Part shown: positions 29,478 to 37,859 of the stretch, in pieces
How positions within the stretch are numbered: the first letter of the stretch is position 1
Layout of the letters: each line of letters begins with the position of its first letter
The notes under the pieces: generated by a model
Told to the model about the DNA's origin: nothing
Databases searched by the model: none
Seen by the model: only the letters and a program-made list of their open reading frames with translations
Made by a program: the position numbers and the translations under genes
DNA from: Candidatus Yonathbacteria bacterium RIFOXYC2_FULL_47_9
GTDB lineage: Bacteria; Patescibacteriota; Minisyncoccia; Phycocordibacterales; UBA1550
Direction of reading: 5' to 3'
Length of the DNA: 39,701 nt
NCBI GenBank assembly: GCA_001825115.1
Contig: MHUY01000016.1
Coordinates: forward strand, 13,792 to 53,492

Positions 29478-30326
29478 TTACTCACAAAATACCACCTCCT
29501 CTGTTGGTATCCCTAAATTCTCTGCAAACCACATGCGAGCAGCTTCTTGGTCGCCAAGAGCGTCGATGAGTTTGTTTTGAAGGGCAAGAGTTCCTGCCAT
29601 GGATGAACCGTCAGCAAGTTTTGCAACTTGTTCAATAGGTAGATTCCTGTTTTCTGCAACTTCTTTTACAAACTGCTCATGAAAGATTTTTAGATCCCTT
29701 TCAATTAACGCTCGTTCTGCTTGAGTAAGTGACTTATCAGGATTGCCATAATCCTTAAATTGAGCGGATGCCAATGGCACATACCGCAGACCATCCTTAA
29801 TGTTTTTTGCCGTGTTGTCCAAGTAAGACATCGTTATGCCGATACTGCCGACATCAGAGAATGCTGAGGCAATGATTGTGTCTGCTCCTGTTGCCGCAAG
29901 ATACGCACCAGAGGCCCCCGTCTCACGAATAAGCGCAACAGTTGGTAGCGATAGCCCTTTGATTTCATTCGCAATAATCTCCGAAGCAACCGGCACCCCA
30001 CCAGCGGAATCAATGGGTACAAGAACACCATGGATATTAGGGTCGTTTTCAGCCATACGAAGGGCAGCGAGCACATCGTCTGGGTTAGTAGATGGTGGCG
30101 GCGTAGCTCCACTACCATCCTCATTGGCACCACGATAAGGGATAATGTCTCCGACTATCGGTATCACTGCAATATTGCACGAGCCATCACTAACTGCATT
30201 TATCGCGTTATAGCCACTCCATTCGTCGTGCCAATTACCAAAAACCCATAGCCCGCTGGCAAAAACAAGAGTGCCCGCAGCGGACCATAATGCAATAGTT
30301 CTGATTTCTTGCTGGAGGGTTTTCAT
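29478..30326 (-). CDS. S49 family signal peptide peptidase (SppA-like)
   Basis: N-terminal TM, IDSAGG, ASGAYLAA, VGSIG, FKD.G.P, FVKEVAENR. Confidence 0.92.
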   Translation of the reverse strand: MKTLQQEIRTIALWSAAGTLVFASGLWVFGNWHDEWSGYNAINAVSDGSCNIAVIPIVGDIIPYRGANEDGSGATPPPSTNPDDVLAALRMAENDPNIHGVLVPIDSAGGVPVASEIIANEIKGLSLPTVALIRETGASGAYLAATGADTIIASAFSDVGSIGITMSYLDNTAKNIKDGLRYVPLASAQFKDYGNPDKSLTQAERALIERDLKIFHEQFVKEVAENRNLPIEQVAKLADGSSMAGTLALQNKLIDALGDQEAARMWFAENLGIPTEEVVFCE

Positions 30327-30370
30327 GCGAGGATTATACCATAATACTCGCTGTCTATTTACTATACTCG

Positions 30371-30475
30371 TCAATTATCACCCTTTGAACTTCATCCCAG
30401 GTGCGGAGCCAGCAAAATCACCCATATTTATATGGGTGATTTTCTTTACCACACTTAGGAGATCGAACCTACGGC
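30371..30475 (+). repeat. att-like repeat copy 1 (105 bp)
   Basis: TGAACTTCATCCCAGGT-GCGGAGCCA, a hairpin, then an inverted T-arm-like sequence; 96/105 identical to copy 2 by hand count. Confidence 0.95.
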
Positions 30476-30488
30476 CGAATACTTTTCC

Positions 30489-31235
30489 CTACTTTGAATA
30501 TATAGCTAATTTTTGAGAAAAATCTTCTTCGAGTTCTTCAATACTCTTTCCTGTATGCTTTTGGTATTTCTTACGTATGGTCTCAGCGGTTTCTTCGCGA
30601 GTACATTCTGTATATAATTTCTTAAATACTTCTAATCCAAAAGTTTCTATAAGGTATTTAATCCATTCGCCCGCAAGCGCATAAAAATAAACCGCACCAT
30701 CCTGAGGAGTATCCAGCCAATCCTTTTCGGTAAGTATTTTTGATGGACTTAATTCATAGCCCTTAGCAATACCTTCTCTGACACACTCATCATGTGGCTC
30801 GCCATACCAATTGTGTCCCACCATATACTCTGCCAACCCCTCCTGTAGAAAATTAATTGAGATTCCCCAAGGAAGTGTCAGCAGATGAGTATCTTCATGT
30901 TCACCAATAGGCTTATCCTGTAGTGTGTATAAAACGTGAATACAAAATTCACCATAAATTGATTGTGCAAACCAATCATCTCCCATTAGTTCCGTTTTGA
31001 GTTCTGGGGTTGGATAAAAATAATATGTTATTTTCTGACCTAAGACAGGTACCTTGAGCTCGGTCACTATTTTTTGGAATGCTTGCTCTTGACGTTCTTT
31101 AATATGTTCGATATCTTTTTCTGCTTCAGAACCCTTAGTATAATAGAAAATATAATGTTCGGTTTCGACAGTAAGCCACCCCGAATACTCCTGAAATGTG
31201 TGGGAATAAGTTGGAAGATATTGTTTGTATTTCAT
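30489..31235 (-). CDS. Putative zinc metallopeptidase (gluzincin-like)
   Basis: HEDTH followed by FLQEGLAEY. Confidence 0.75.
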   Translation of the reverse strand: MKYKQYLPTYSHTFQEYSGWLTVETEHYIFYYTKGSEAEKDIEHIKERQEQAFQKIVTELKVPVLGQKITYYFYPTPELKTELMGDDWFAQSIYGEFCIHVLYTLQDKPIGEHEDTHLLTLPWGISINFLQEGLAEYMVGHNWYGEPHDECVREGIAKGYELSPSKILTEKDWLDTPQDGAVYFYALAGEWIKYLIETFGLEVFKKLYTECTREETAETIRKKYQKHTGKSIEELEEDFSQKLAIYSK

Positions 31236-31280
31236 AAAAGGAAAGGTGGCTCTTAGAAGTTCAAGCCCCCCTTGACACTA

Positions 31281-31308
31281 TTGACATTAGCAAAGGGGTT
31301 GCTATAAT
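31281..31308 (+). promoter_or_regulatory. Consensus sigma70 promoter firing antisense into the NYN gene 3' end
   Basis: TTGACA-N16-TATAAT with extended TGn. Confidence 0.8.
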
Positions 31309-31314
31309 ATGCAT

Positions 31315-31371
31315 ATCACTACGAAAGAGACCCTTATGCAGATACGTCTGCATCGGGGGCTTTTTCTTTTT
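31315..31371 (+). ncRNA. Candidate sRNA of about 55 nt, antisense to the NYN 3' end
   Basis: Promoter, ATGCAGA-TACG-TCTGCAT hairpin on a CCC/GGG base stem, then a U-tract. Confidence 0.6.
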
Positions 31372-31852
31372 GTCTCTCCGTAGAAAACTTATGGTAATGT
31401 TCATTCAAAAAAGTTATCTCTGTATTCTTATTTTTTAACAAGATAGAGCATTTCTTTTCGTCAGGAGAAACAACGCAATCAATCGCTTTGCTATTTTGCA
31501 AAAACTCCACCAAGCACCCGAAGTCACCATCTCCTGTTACCAAGATGCAGGAAGTAAATGCTTTTGTATAAAAATCTGATACGGTTTTAAGAACGAGCTC
31601 GGCATCACAATTACCTTTTATTGTTCCTCCAAATGATACCGTTTGCTTGAAGACAAGAATGAAGCCACATTCCTGGAGATGTTCATAGAATGATGTCCTG
31701 CTGGGCACAAGACCGATAAAAAGGTAGACGTTCGCAGGGCTGTATTTTTGACGGAGCCACCCACGAAACTTTTTATAATCTATTTCAAAACCTAGCTCTT
31801 TTGCAGAGCGATAAAGATTATTCCCATCGATGTAGATGTTTACTTTATTCAT
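31334..31852 (-). CDS. NYN domain (LabA/DUF88, PIN-like) protein
   Basis: YIDGNNL, KGNCDAEL, VTGDGDF acidic motifs. Confidence 0.93.
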   Translation of the reverse strand: MNKVNIYIDGNNLYRSAKELGFEIDYKKFRGWLRQKYSPANVYLFIGLVPSRTSFYEHLQECGFILVFKQTVSFGGTIKGNCDAELVLKTVSDFYTKAFTSCILVTGDGDFGCLVEFLQNSKAIDCVVSPDEKKCSILLKNKNTEITFLNEHYHKFSTERQKEKAPDADVSA

Positions 31853-31888
31853 AAAACTATTCTAACACACAAAATTTAATTGTTTTCC

Positions 31889-31993
31889 TCAATTATTACC
31901 CTCTGAACTTCATCCCAGGTGCGGAGCCAGCAAAATTACCCATATTTATATGGGTAATTTTTGTTACGACACTTAGGAGCTCGAACCTAAGGC
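31889..31993 (+). repeat. att-like repeat copy 2 (105 bp)
   Basis: Direct repeat of 30371-30475 with a compensatory C-G to T-A change in the hairpin. Confidence 0.95.
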
Positions 31994-32053
31994 GTGACTG
32001 CGATTCTACGACATATTGCCTTATTCCTAAAACTAACCTAAAATGTACATACT

Positions 32054-32662
32054 ATGAAATCAGGAACACTATTGCTTACCTCGATAGGACTATCTTCGCC
32101 AAATGTACTCAGTAGATTTCTTGAGATAGTTGGGGACACAAAGAATAAGCAGGTGGCGATTATCACGACTGCAGCCGAGGGGAAAGAAGTCAATAAGTAT
32201 TCTCAACTAGCCCACAAGCAGTTTGTAGACTTAGGCTTTTCAGGCGTAGATTTTGTTGACCTAGAAGCAGATCCGACGAAAGACCTTTCCCCATACGGTG
32301 TTATTTATGTTTGTGGTGGTAACACTTTTAAACTCCTTAAGTTTGCTCTAACAGCAAACTTTAAAAATTCCGTTGAATCATTGCTAAAAATGGGAGGTGT
32401 ATATATTGGCGTAAGCGCTGGAAGTATCATTGTTGGTCCATCGGTGAAAATTGCTGATGAAGTTCAGCCCGATCCCAACGAGGTTGGTATTAGTGATTTT
32501 TCAGGGCTTGGTATAATCAAAGAAATAGTCCTGCCACATTATTCTCCTGAGATTGAAGAGCAGGTAAAGATATTCGAAAATAAACACAATGTTATCATTG
32601 ATAGAATAGACAATTCCCAAGCTATTTTGGTGCAAGAAGGATATAAAACAATTATTGAATAA
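32054..32662 (+). CDS. Peptidase E / S51 family (GATase-like) protein
   Basis: ITTAA, YVCGGNTF, GVSAGS, VLPHY. Confidence 0.88.
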   Translation: MKSGTLLLTSIGLSSPNVLSRFLEIVGDTKNKQVAIITTAAEGKEVNKYSQLAHKQFVDLGFSGVDFVDLEADPTKDLSPYGVIYVCGGNTFKLLKFALTANFKNSVESLLKMGGVYIGVSAGSIIVGPSVKIADEVQPDPNEVGISDFSGLGIIKEIVLPHYSPEIEEQVKIFENKHNVIIDRIDNSQAILVQEGYKTIIE

Positions 32663-32666
32663 AAAA

Positions 32667-32694
32667 ATAGAGGCATACAAAAGTATGCCTCTAT
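32667..32694. terminator. Terminator hairpin between convergent genes
   Basis: ATAGAGGCATAC / GTATGCCTCTAT. Confidence 0.7.
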
Positions 32695-33473
32695 AAAGCT
32701 AACAACTTACTAATTTCACTGATAATCACACTCACTTCTTCCATATCTTTTGGTGTGAACCGTGAAAGACGGAGAGCGAGCTTATATACAGGTAAACTGG
32801 AAGACTCAAGGAGGTGTGCCTGCTCAGCAAGCGATCTAAATCCTCGGAAATAGCAACGACTCCGAGCAAACGCGAGCCTGGTCAGCGAAGCCGTGATATC
32901 TGAGATGCATAAATTAAACTCAATCGAGCCCACACTTTCGTGAAGTTTCCCGAGTGTATTTAATTTCTGTTTAATCTCTTCTACACATAGTTCGCTGATT
33001 CCCTGTGAAAGCGATAGTGGGTATGGGATAATCAACTCCTTAATTTTGGAATGAATCCTTTTTGGATCATGCAGAGATTCTGCCGTGGCAAGATCCCCAC
33101 ACAACGCTTCAGGAACCCAATATCCAGTAGCCCAAGAACGATGTTGTCCATCGAGATCTTTCCTTTCTGTCCATTTTTGAATTTGTCCGACAAGCACAGA
33201 GGAGTTGCATACCGCAACCCCACCGCAACCTGTCGGTAACTCAAAACGAACACTATCATCACACACGGATAAATTTCCATTAGGCAAACAGTCTTTCAAG
33301 ATAGACTCGATAGTGGGGCCATATTTGTAAATATCCCCACCATCACATCCCACCAATAGATCAACGTGATTTTTTGGCAAATTCCTGTTTAACCCAACTA
33401 GCAAAAGTATTTCCATTCCTTGCATGTTGCGTAGTGCATGAGATAGCTCCGAAACAATCTGGCCTTTTTTCAT
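32691..33473 (-). CDS. Hypothetical protein, possible degenerate Pol-beta nucleotidyltransferase fold
   Basis: LLLVG-x8-HVDLLV N-terminus, LHDP hinge and helical C-terminus; ATGA-coupled to the upstream gene. Function is tentative. Confidence 0.6.
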   Translation of the reverse strand: MKKGQIVSELSHALRNMQGMEILLLVGLNRNLPKNHVDLLVGCDGGDIYKYGPTIESILKDCLPNGNLSVCDDSVRFELPTGCGGVAVCNSSVLVGQIQKWTERKDLDGQHRSWATGYWVPEALCGDLATAESLHDPKRIHSKIKELIIPYPLSLSQGISELCVEEIKQKLNTLGKLHESVGSIEFNLCISDITASLTRLAFARSRCYFRGFRSLAEQAHLLESSSLPVYKLALRLSRFTPKDMEEVSVIISEISKLLAL

Positions 33474-34600
33474 ACCGACTCCTTTCTGTCAGAACATTCA
33501 TCAAGCTCAATGAGAACCGCTGAATATCCAAACGTAGATGCAAGATATTTGATATCATGTTCGTTAAGCAATCCTGTTTTTTGAGATTTGAGTTTTATGT
33601 ACTCCCTCCTCCCTCGTACAAGACTTTGTTCGAACTTTGATACCTCTTTCGTAAGTACCTGCAGAACGGTGTTCCGAGTAGCTTCTACTGAAACCCAGTA
33701 ATTGATTGATATCACACAGAACTCCTTGAATGGCAGCGAAATCTGCTGGCAAGTTACGTACGCTTCCCGAATGATTTTTCGGAGCACATATTCTGCCGCC
33801 TTATTGCCTGGGACAAGCCCTTGAGAAACCAACAAAGTTGACGCCTTACCTAAATCAGCAAGCCGACATACTTTTGTGTAGCTATGGTTTGAAGAACATT
33901 TCTCAAGAGATTGCACAACCTGTTTCCATAAGGAATTTTCATAGTTGTTGCTACAGTGTTCAATTACCGTAACAATGCGATCAATACTTGCCCCAGAATC
34001 TGCTGCGATTTTCTCCATTGGAGAACAAAAAAGAGTGTTGCCCTGGAATTGTGTAAAAACTAAATTCCAGAGCTCAGTCAATTTCATTGTTTCTGGATTT
34101 TGCCACACAATTTCTGTTCGCAATCCGCACAGTGTTTTAGAAGGAGTAAAAGCCACATTCTCGTTATTCGAGATTGTTTCAACCCCTAACCCATCCCAAA
34201 CTTTTTGTGATACATCATCTTGCGGATGAACCGTTGCTAAAAGGTTGCGCGAATTTATCCCCGCGCAATCAGTTAAAAATTGCCAAGCACTTTCAATCAT
34301 CAAGCTCTTTACCGCCTGCTCGTCATTTTCGTAAAGTGAAAAATGGCCAAGCATGTCGAACGCAAGATGATGTCTTCCAGAAATACCAATCTTTTCCCAT
34401 CCATCAGTTCTCAAGCAGGTCTGAATCGAGGATATTCGTGGAACGTTCGCGGTTAACCCGCGAGCTATCGCGTCCTCGAATACAACCCCGCCTGAGATAT
34501 TAAACAGAAGTTTCTGGTTGAGACTAATGATTGGGTCACTTTCTTTCCATCGGAAACCGTAGTTTCCAAAATGGTTTTTGATATCATTTCGCAATTTCAT
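33470..34600 (-). CDS. Truncated alanyl-tRNA synthetase paralog (aminoacylation and helical domains only)
   Basis: LLFNISG, QTCLR, RHHLAFDMLGHFS, AWQFLT, ELWNLVFTQF, DSGASIDR, PGNKAAEYVLRKIIR, TFGY; ends at about 376 aa with no editing domain. Confidence 0.9.
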   Translation of the reverse strand: MKLRNDIKNHFGNYGFRWKESDPIISLNQKLLFNISGGVVFEDAIARGLTANVPRISSIQTCLRTDGWEKIGISGRHHLAFDMLGHFSLYENDEQAVKSLMIESAWQFLTDCAGINSRNLLATVHPQDDVSQKVWDGLGVETISNNENVAFTPSKTLCGLRTEIVWQNPETMKLTELWNLVFTQFQGNTLFCSPMEKIAADSGASIDRIVTVIEHCSNNYENSLWKQVVQSLEKCSSNHSYTKVCRLADLGKASTLLVSQGLVPGNKAAEYVLRKIIREAYVTCQQISLPFKEFCVISINYWVSVEATRNTVLQVLTKEVSKFEQSLVRGRREYIKLKSQKTGLLNEHDIKYLASTFGYSAVLIELDECSDRKESV

Positions 34601-35823
34601 GGAGAACCTCCTTTCGCTAGATGTTTGAATACCGTCTGTCTGATGGCATAAGTGAATGTGCTCATATCTGGATGAGTGACAAGTCCATAATTTTGATCCC
34701 ACCTGACAACGTGAGCAGAAATACCCAAATTGTCTAGGATGATCTGCGCGTGTTCAGTTGTCATGCTACAAGAGGATTTTTGAGCACAGATTTGTCGCTG
34801 AGCGAGGGGGCAATGAGATGACTCACATTCCTCTCGTGCAAAGATTTGGACCGAAGTAATACTTGGTAATCCGAGCATCTTTGTTAATGCGCATGAAGAC
34901 TTGAGGTACACGGGGACTCCAGGGAAGTGCTCCTCGCTTAAAGAAAGAATGGTATCCACTAAATCTTTAGGCAAGGACTTCACATTGTCGTCACGAGGAA
35001 TGTTTGGCATAGGGAGCTTATGAATTTCCACAAGACCATTTTCTATGCCTTCAGTCCAACGTAACCCTCCGGGGACAATCATGTCAATAACGTTTCCATA
35101 ATGTTTCTTAACCCACAGCATCATCATCTCAATTCTGTCCGGATTTCCACTCCACTCTGGAACAATCGGGCGCATATACCATGCAATAATAACTCCCGCT
35201 TCCTTTGCTTCTTCGACACTAAGAAAGCGATTATTACGAACAGGCTCAATCGTGTCAGGATTATCTGCCCAACATATCGAAATCATGAGCCCGCGAGTTG
35301 CTCTGGTAATTCTTGCCAGATCGAGTTTCCTCCCTTTAGGGATTCCACCCTTAGTGACAATCCAGAAAGGGTTTTTGAATCCCCTCCTCACGAACGATTC
35401 CATAATCTCGAAAGTGCTGTCAGTCACCTGTCCTGGGGCAAATGGCTCCGTACTCGCTGTCCCAATGCTGATCACCGTTTCATCAACAATGAAAAACGGA
35501 TGCTTCACTAATTCATCAATGATCTGATCAACAGTAAAAGAATTGCGCCGCTGAGGCTTCCTCGGCATCATTCCGTGTTCGACAAGATCTTGATGCGTGC
35601 CCTGCACATGACAATATCTGCATTGCCATGCACAACCAGCCCACAAGTCTATACTCAGTGAGTTGTTGGACACACTTACCGACGAAAGAGGATGTTTGCA
35701 GTCGGGAACAAGAACTCCGTATGTATATTCACGCAAAGAGAACTCTTGCCCAGTAGTCATTCCCTTAATTTGAACGATGGGCTCCGAATTTGCAGCCGTA
35801 AAGTAGTCCCGTTTAGATTTCAT
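34597..35823 (-). CDS. Radical SAM protein (spore photoproduct lyase-like) with Cys-rich tail
   Basis: GCAWQCRYC, GTASTEPF, VTKG, MRPIVP; additional C-terminal cysteines. Confidence 0.88.
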   Translation of the reverse strand: MKSKRDYFTAANSEPIVQIKGMTTGQEFSLREYTYGVLVPDCKHPLSSVSVSNNSLSIDLWAGCAWQCRYCHVQGTHQDLVEHGMMPRKPQRRNSFTVDQIIDELVKHPFFIVDETVISIGTASTEPFAPGQVTDSTFEIMESFVRRGFKNPFWIVTKGGIPKGRKLDLARITRATRGLMISICWADNPDTIEPVRNNRFLSVEEAKEAGVIIAWYMRPIVPEWSGNPDRIEMMMLWVKKHYGNVIDMIVPGGLRWTEGIENGLVEIHKLPMPNIPRDDNVKSLPKDLVDTILSLSEEHFPGVPVYLKSSCALTKMLGLPSITSVQIFAREECESSHCPLAQRQICAQKSSCSMTTEHAQIILDNLGISAHVVRWDQNYGLVTHPDMSTFTYAIRQTVFKHLAKGGSP

Positions 35824-36569
35824 ATGGCTGCTCCTTTCAAGTAGTTGATATTCTGAACTATTTGGTCTGTAGTTGTCATGCCGACAACTACAGATGTTTC
35901 TAGTTTCAGAGTACGCGTTAAGATTTCCATCGCCGATACGTCAGCTTGTCGTTCGTCGCTCATCAAAATCTTTCCTTGCAGAAAGAGACTTCTGAGTAAT
36001 ACTTCCTTCCCTAACCTCTTTAGCTGTGGGAGCTGATAAACTATCCACTGCTCGTGAAGATTGTACGGTGCTTCAATTACATCAATATGTTCAAGAACAC
36101 TTTCATCAATGTAATCAGAAAAACCATTGGGAAGAGAGATGCCAACTTTCCTAACGACACCAATTTCTTTTAGCTCATTTAGGGCTTTAAGAATATGGGT
36201 AGCATTTTTTTGCCATAATGGTATCCAGTTGTGTAGCAATAAGATATCAATCGAATTTCGCCCGAGCCTACTTAAAGACTGCTCTGCGCTTCGATGAATG
36301 TTGTCACGTGAGTAACATTTATCGATAGGCATTTTGGTGTCGGGCTTCAAGATTGCAGGGATCTTTGTGAGGATCACCGCTTCTTGCGACAGACATGCTC
36401 CGAGTATTTTCTCGACATTTCCTTGCCCATAGACTGCTGCTGTGTCAAACTTGTAGATTCCGTGAGATAGTGCGAGCTGAATCAAATTCTCAATCTGTGT
36501 ATTCGTAAGATCTTTGAACTGCCCAGATAATTGCCATGTGCCAAAATAGAGGCGATCGTTCCATTTCAT
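35820..36569 (-). CDS. Aldo/keto reductase
   Basis: FGTWQL, FDTAAVYG, LTK, SLSRL...IDILLLHN, VGIS; SD AAGGAGG. Confidence 0.92.
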   Translation of the reverse strand: MKWNDRLYFGTWQLSGQFKDLTNTQIENLIQLALSHGIYKFDTAAVYGQGNVEKILGACLSQEAVILTKIPAILKPDTKMPIDKCYSRDNIHRSAEQSLSRLGRNSIDILLLHNWIPLWQKNATHILKALNELKEIGVVRKVGISLPNGFSDYIDESVLEHIDVIEAPYNLHEQWIVYQLPQLKRLGKEVLLRSLFLQGKILMSDERQADVSAMEILTRTLKLETSVVVGMTTTDQIVQNINYLKGAAI

Positions 36570-36627
36570 GATATTTCCTCCTTGTAATGTCTAAAGTTGT
36601 AAATGAACAAATGGTTCGTCTGCCATA

Positions 36628-36688
36628 AATCTACAACATACATCGCCGCTCGTCAAGCTTTGACTAAAATCGCAATGTGTATTACTGT
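36628..36688. promoter_or_regulatory. Back-to-back divergent promoters
   Basis: Plus strand TTGACT-N17-TACTGT; minus strand TTGACG-N17-TAGATT. Confidence 0.45.
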
Positions 36689-36733
36689 GCAGTAAGTCTC
36701 GATCTTTAAAATCTACGATAAGGAGTATATGAA

Positions 36734-37657
36734 ATGAAAATTATTGCCGTGAGTTCTTCTACGTATTCACAAATTGAAGCAAGTCTATGGAAAGATGACA
36801 GATTTCAGCCGGTCGGTGACCACAAGGTAAAGATAGAGCTGGATGATGGCTCAATCGTGGAAGCAGGTGTTTTTGAGGTAACGAAGGGTCACAAAAAAGA
36901 ATTTCATGCATGCATATCCACGCAGGCCGGCTGTAAATTCAAATGCTCGTTTTGTTCTTCTGGTGCTAGGGGTTTTGAGAGAGATTTATCTTGTGATGAA
37001 ATCCTCGAAGAAATTTCAATTCTGGCAAAGTTGGCAAAGATAGAATCATTTGATCGCCTGATGTATATGGGAATAGGTGAGCCGATGGATAATTTTGACA
37101 ATGTTGTTGGAAGCATACAACAACTTCTTGAAATTAATCCCGCGTATGTTGGCAGAATTTCTTTAGCAACAATTGGTATACTGCCAAAGTTGCATAAATT
37201 AGCATTGCTCAAGCTTCCCTTAAGAAGGATCTGGGTGTCTCTGCATGCAGCCTCTGACGAAAAAAGGTTGCAGATTATGCCCATCAGCAAAGTATATAAA
37301 GCTAAGGAACTTGTAGTCGCAGCAAAAGCCTTTGCTGAAGTCTCTGGTACAGAAACATGGCTTAACTATATGATCTTTCAAGGCTTCAATGATTCTCTGG
37401 AAGATGCTTCGAAGTTGGTTGAGTTGCTTAAAGACACCGAAGACGATTTGTCTGTGGTAATCACTGTTCCCAATGGCGAGAGGTCTGGCTATGTTGGGGG
37501 CAGTTTGGAAGATGTGCATAGATTCCAAAATTATCTCATAGAGCTGGGAATGAAGAATCGTACAGAGCACTTTTTTTCTGTCGGACGCTCTTCAAACGCG
37601 GGCTGTGGGGAATTCGTTTTCTACCCCAGCAGTACAAAAATAGCTGTTTGTAGTTAA
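36734..37657 (+). CDS. RlmN/Cfr-like class A radical SAM methyltransferase lacking the N-terminal domain
   Basis: CISTQAGCKFKCSFC, MGIGEPMDN, VSLHA, C-terminal AGCG. Confidence 0.9.
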   Translation: MKIIAVSSSTYSQIEASLWKDDRFQPVGDHKVKIELDDGSIVEAGVFEVTKGHKKEFHACISTQAGCKFKCSFCSSGARGFERDLSCDEILEEISILAKLAKIESFDRLMYMGIGEPMDNFDNVVGSIQQLLEINPAYVGRISLATIGILPKLHKLALLKLPLRRIWVSLHAASDEKRLQIMPISKVYKAKELVVAAKAFAEVSGTETWLNYMIFQGFNDSLEDASKLVELLKDTEDDLSVVITVPNGERSGYVGGSLEDVHRFQNYLIELGMKNRTEHFFSVGRSSNAGCGEFVFYPSSTKIAVCS

Positions 37658-37683
37658 ATAAAATTGTATATATTTTAGAACTG

Positions 37684-37713
37684 AGGGGTTCACTGTGTGG
37701 ACCCCTTTTTTTT
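37684..37713 (+). terminator. Intrinsic terminator
   Basis: AGGGGTTCAC/GTGGACCCCT followed by poly-T. Confidence 0.8.
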
Positions 37714-37749
37714 ATTACCTCTCTTCCTTGCTTAGTGGTTTTCTTCAAT

Positions 37750-37859
37750 AATTATTTGCTGAACTTCATCCCAGGTGCGGAGCAATAAAAGAAATGGCCC
37801 TCTTCTGAGGGTCTTTTCTTTTATCTAGCTTCCGCGAGTGTGGGGACCGAACCGTAGGC
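37750..37859 (+). repeat. att-like repeat copy 3 (identical 24-bp core, different hairpin)
   Basis: TGAACTTCATCCCAGGTGCGGAGC at 37760-37783, then a hairpin and GGGACCGAACC. Confidence 0.9.

Larger units (their letters stand above)
7423..37783. mobile_element. tRNA-Asn-integrated genomic island with nested right ends (30409, 31927, 37783; possibly extends to about 38602)
   Basis: Integrase abuts the tRNA; the tRNA 3' core GCGGAGC recurs in three conserved repeats; visibly more AT-rich with defence cargo. Confidence 0.8.

Noticed and set aside
33470..34702. Calling the AlaRS-like ORF alaS or a pseudogene, and the longer 34702 start
   Set aside because: It is divergent throughout yet intact and translationally coupled at both ends; the SD and ATGA overlap support the start at 34600.
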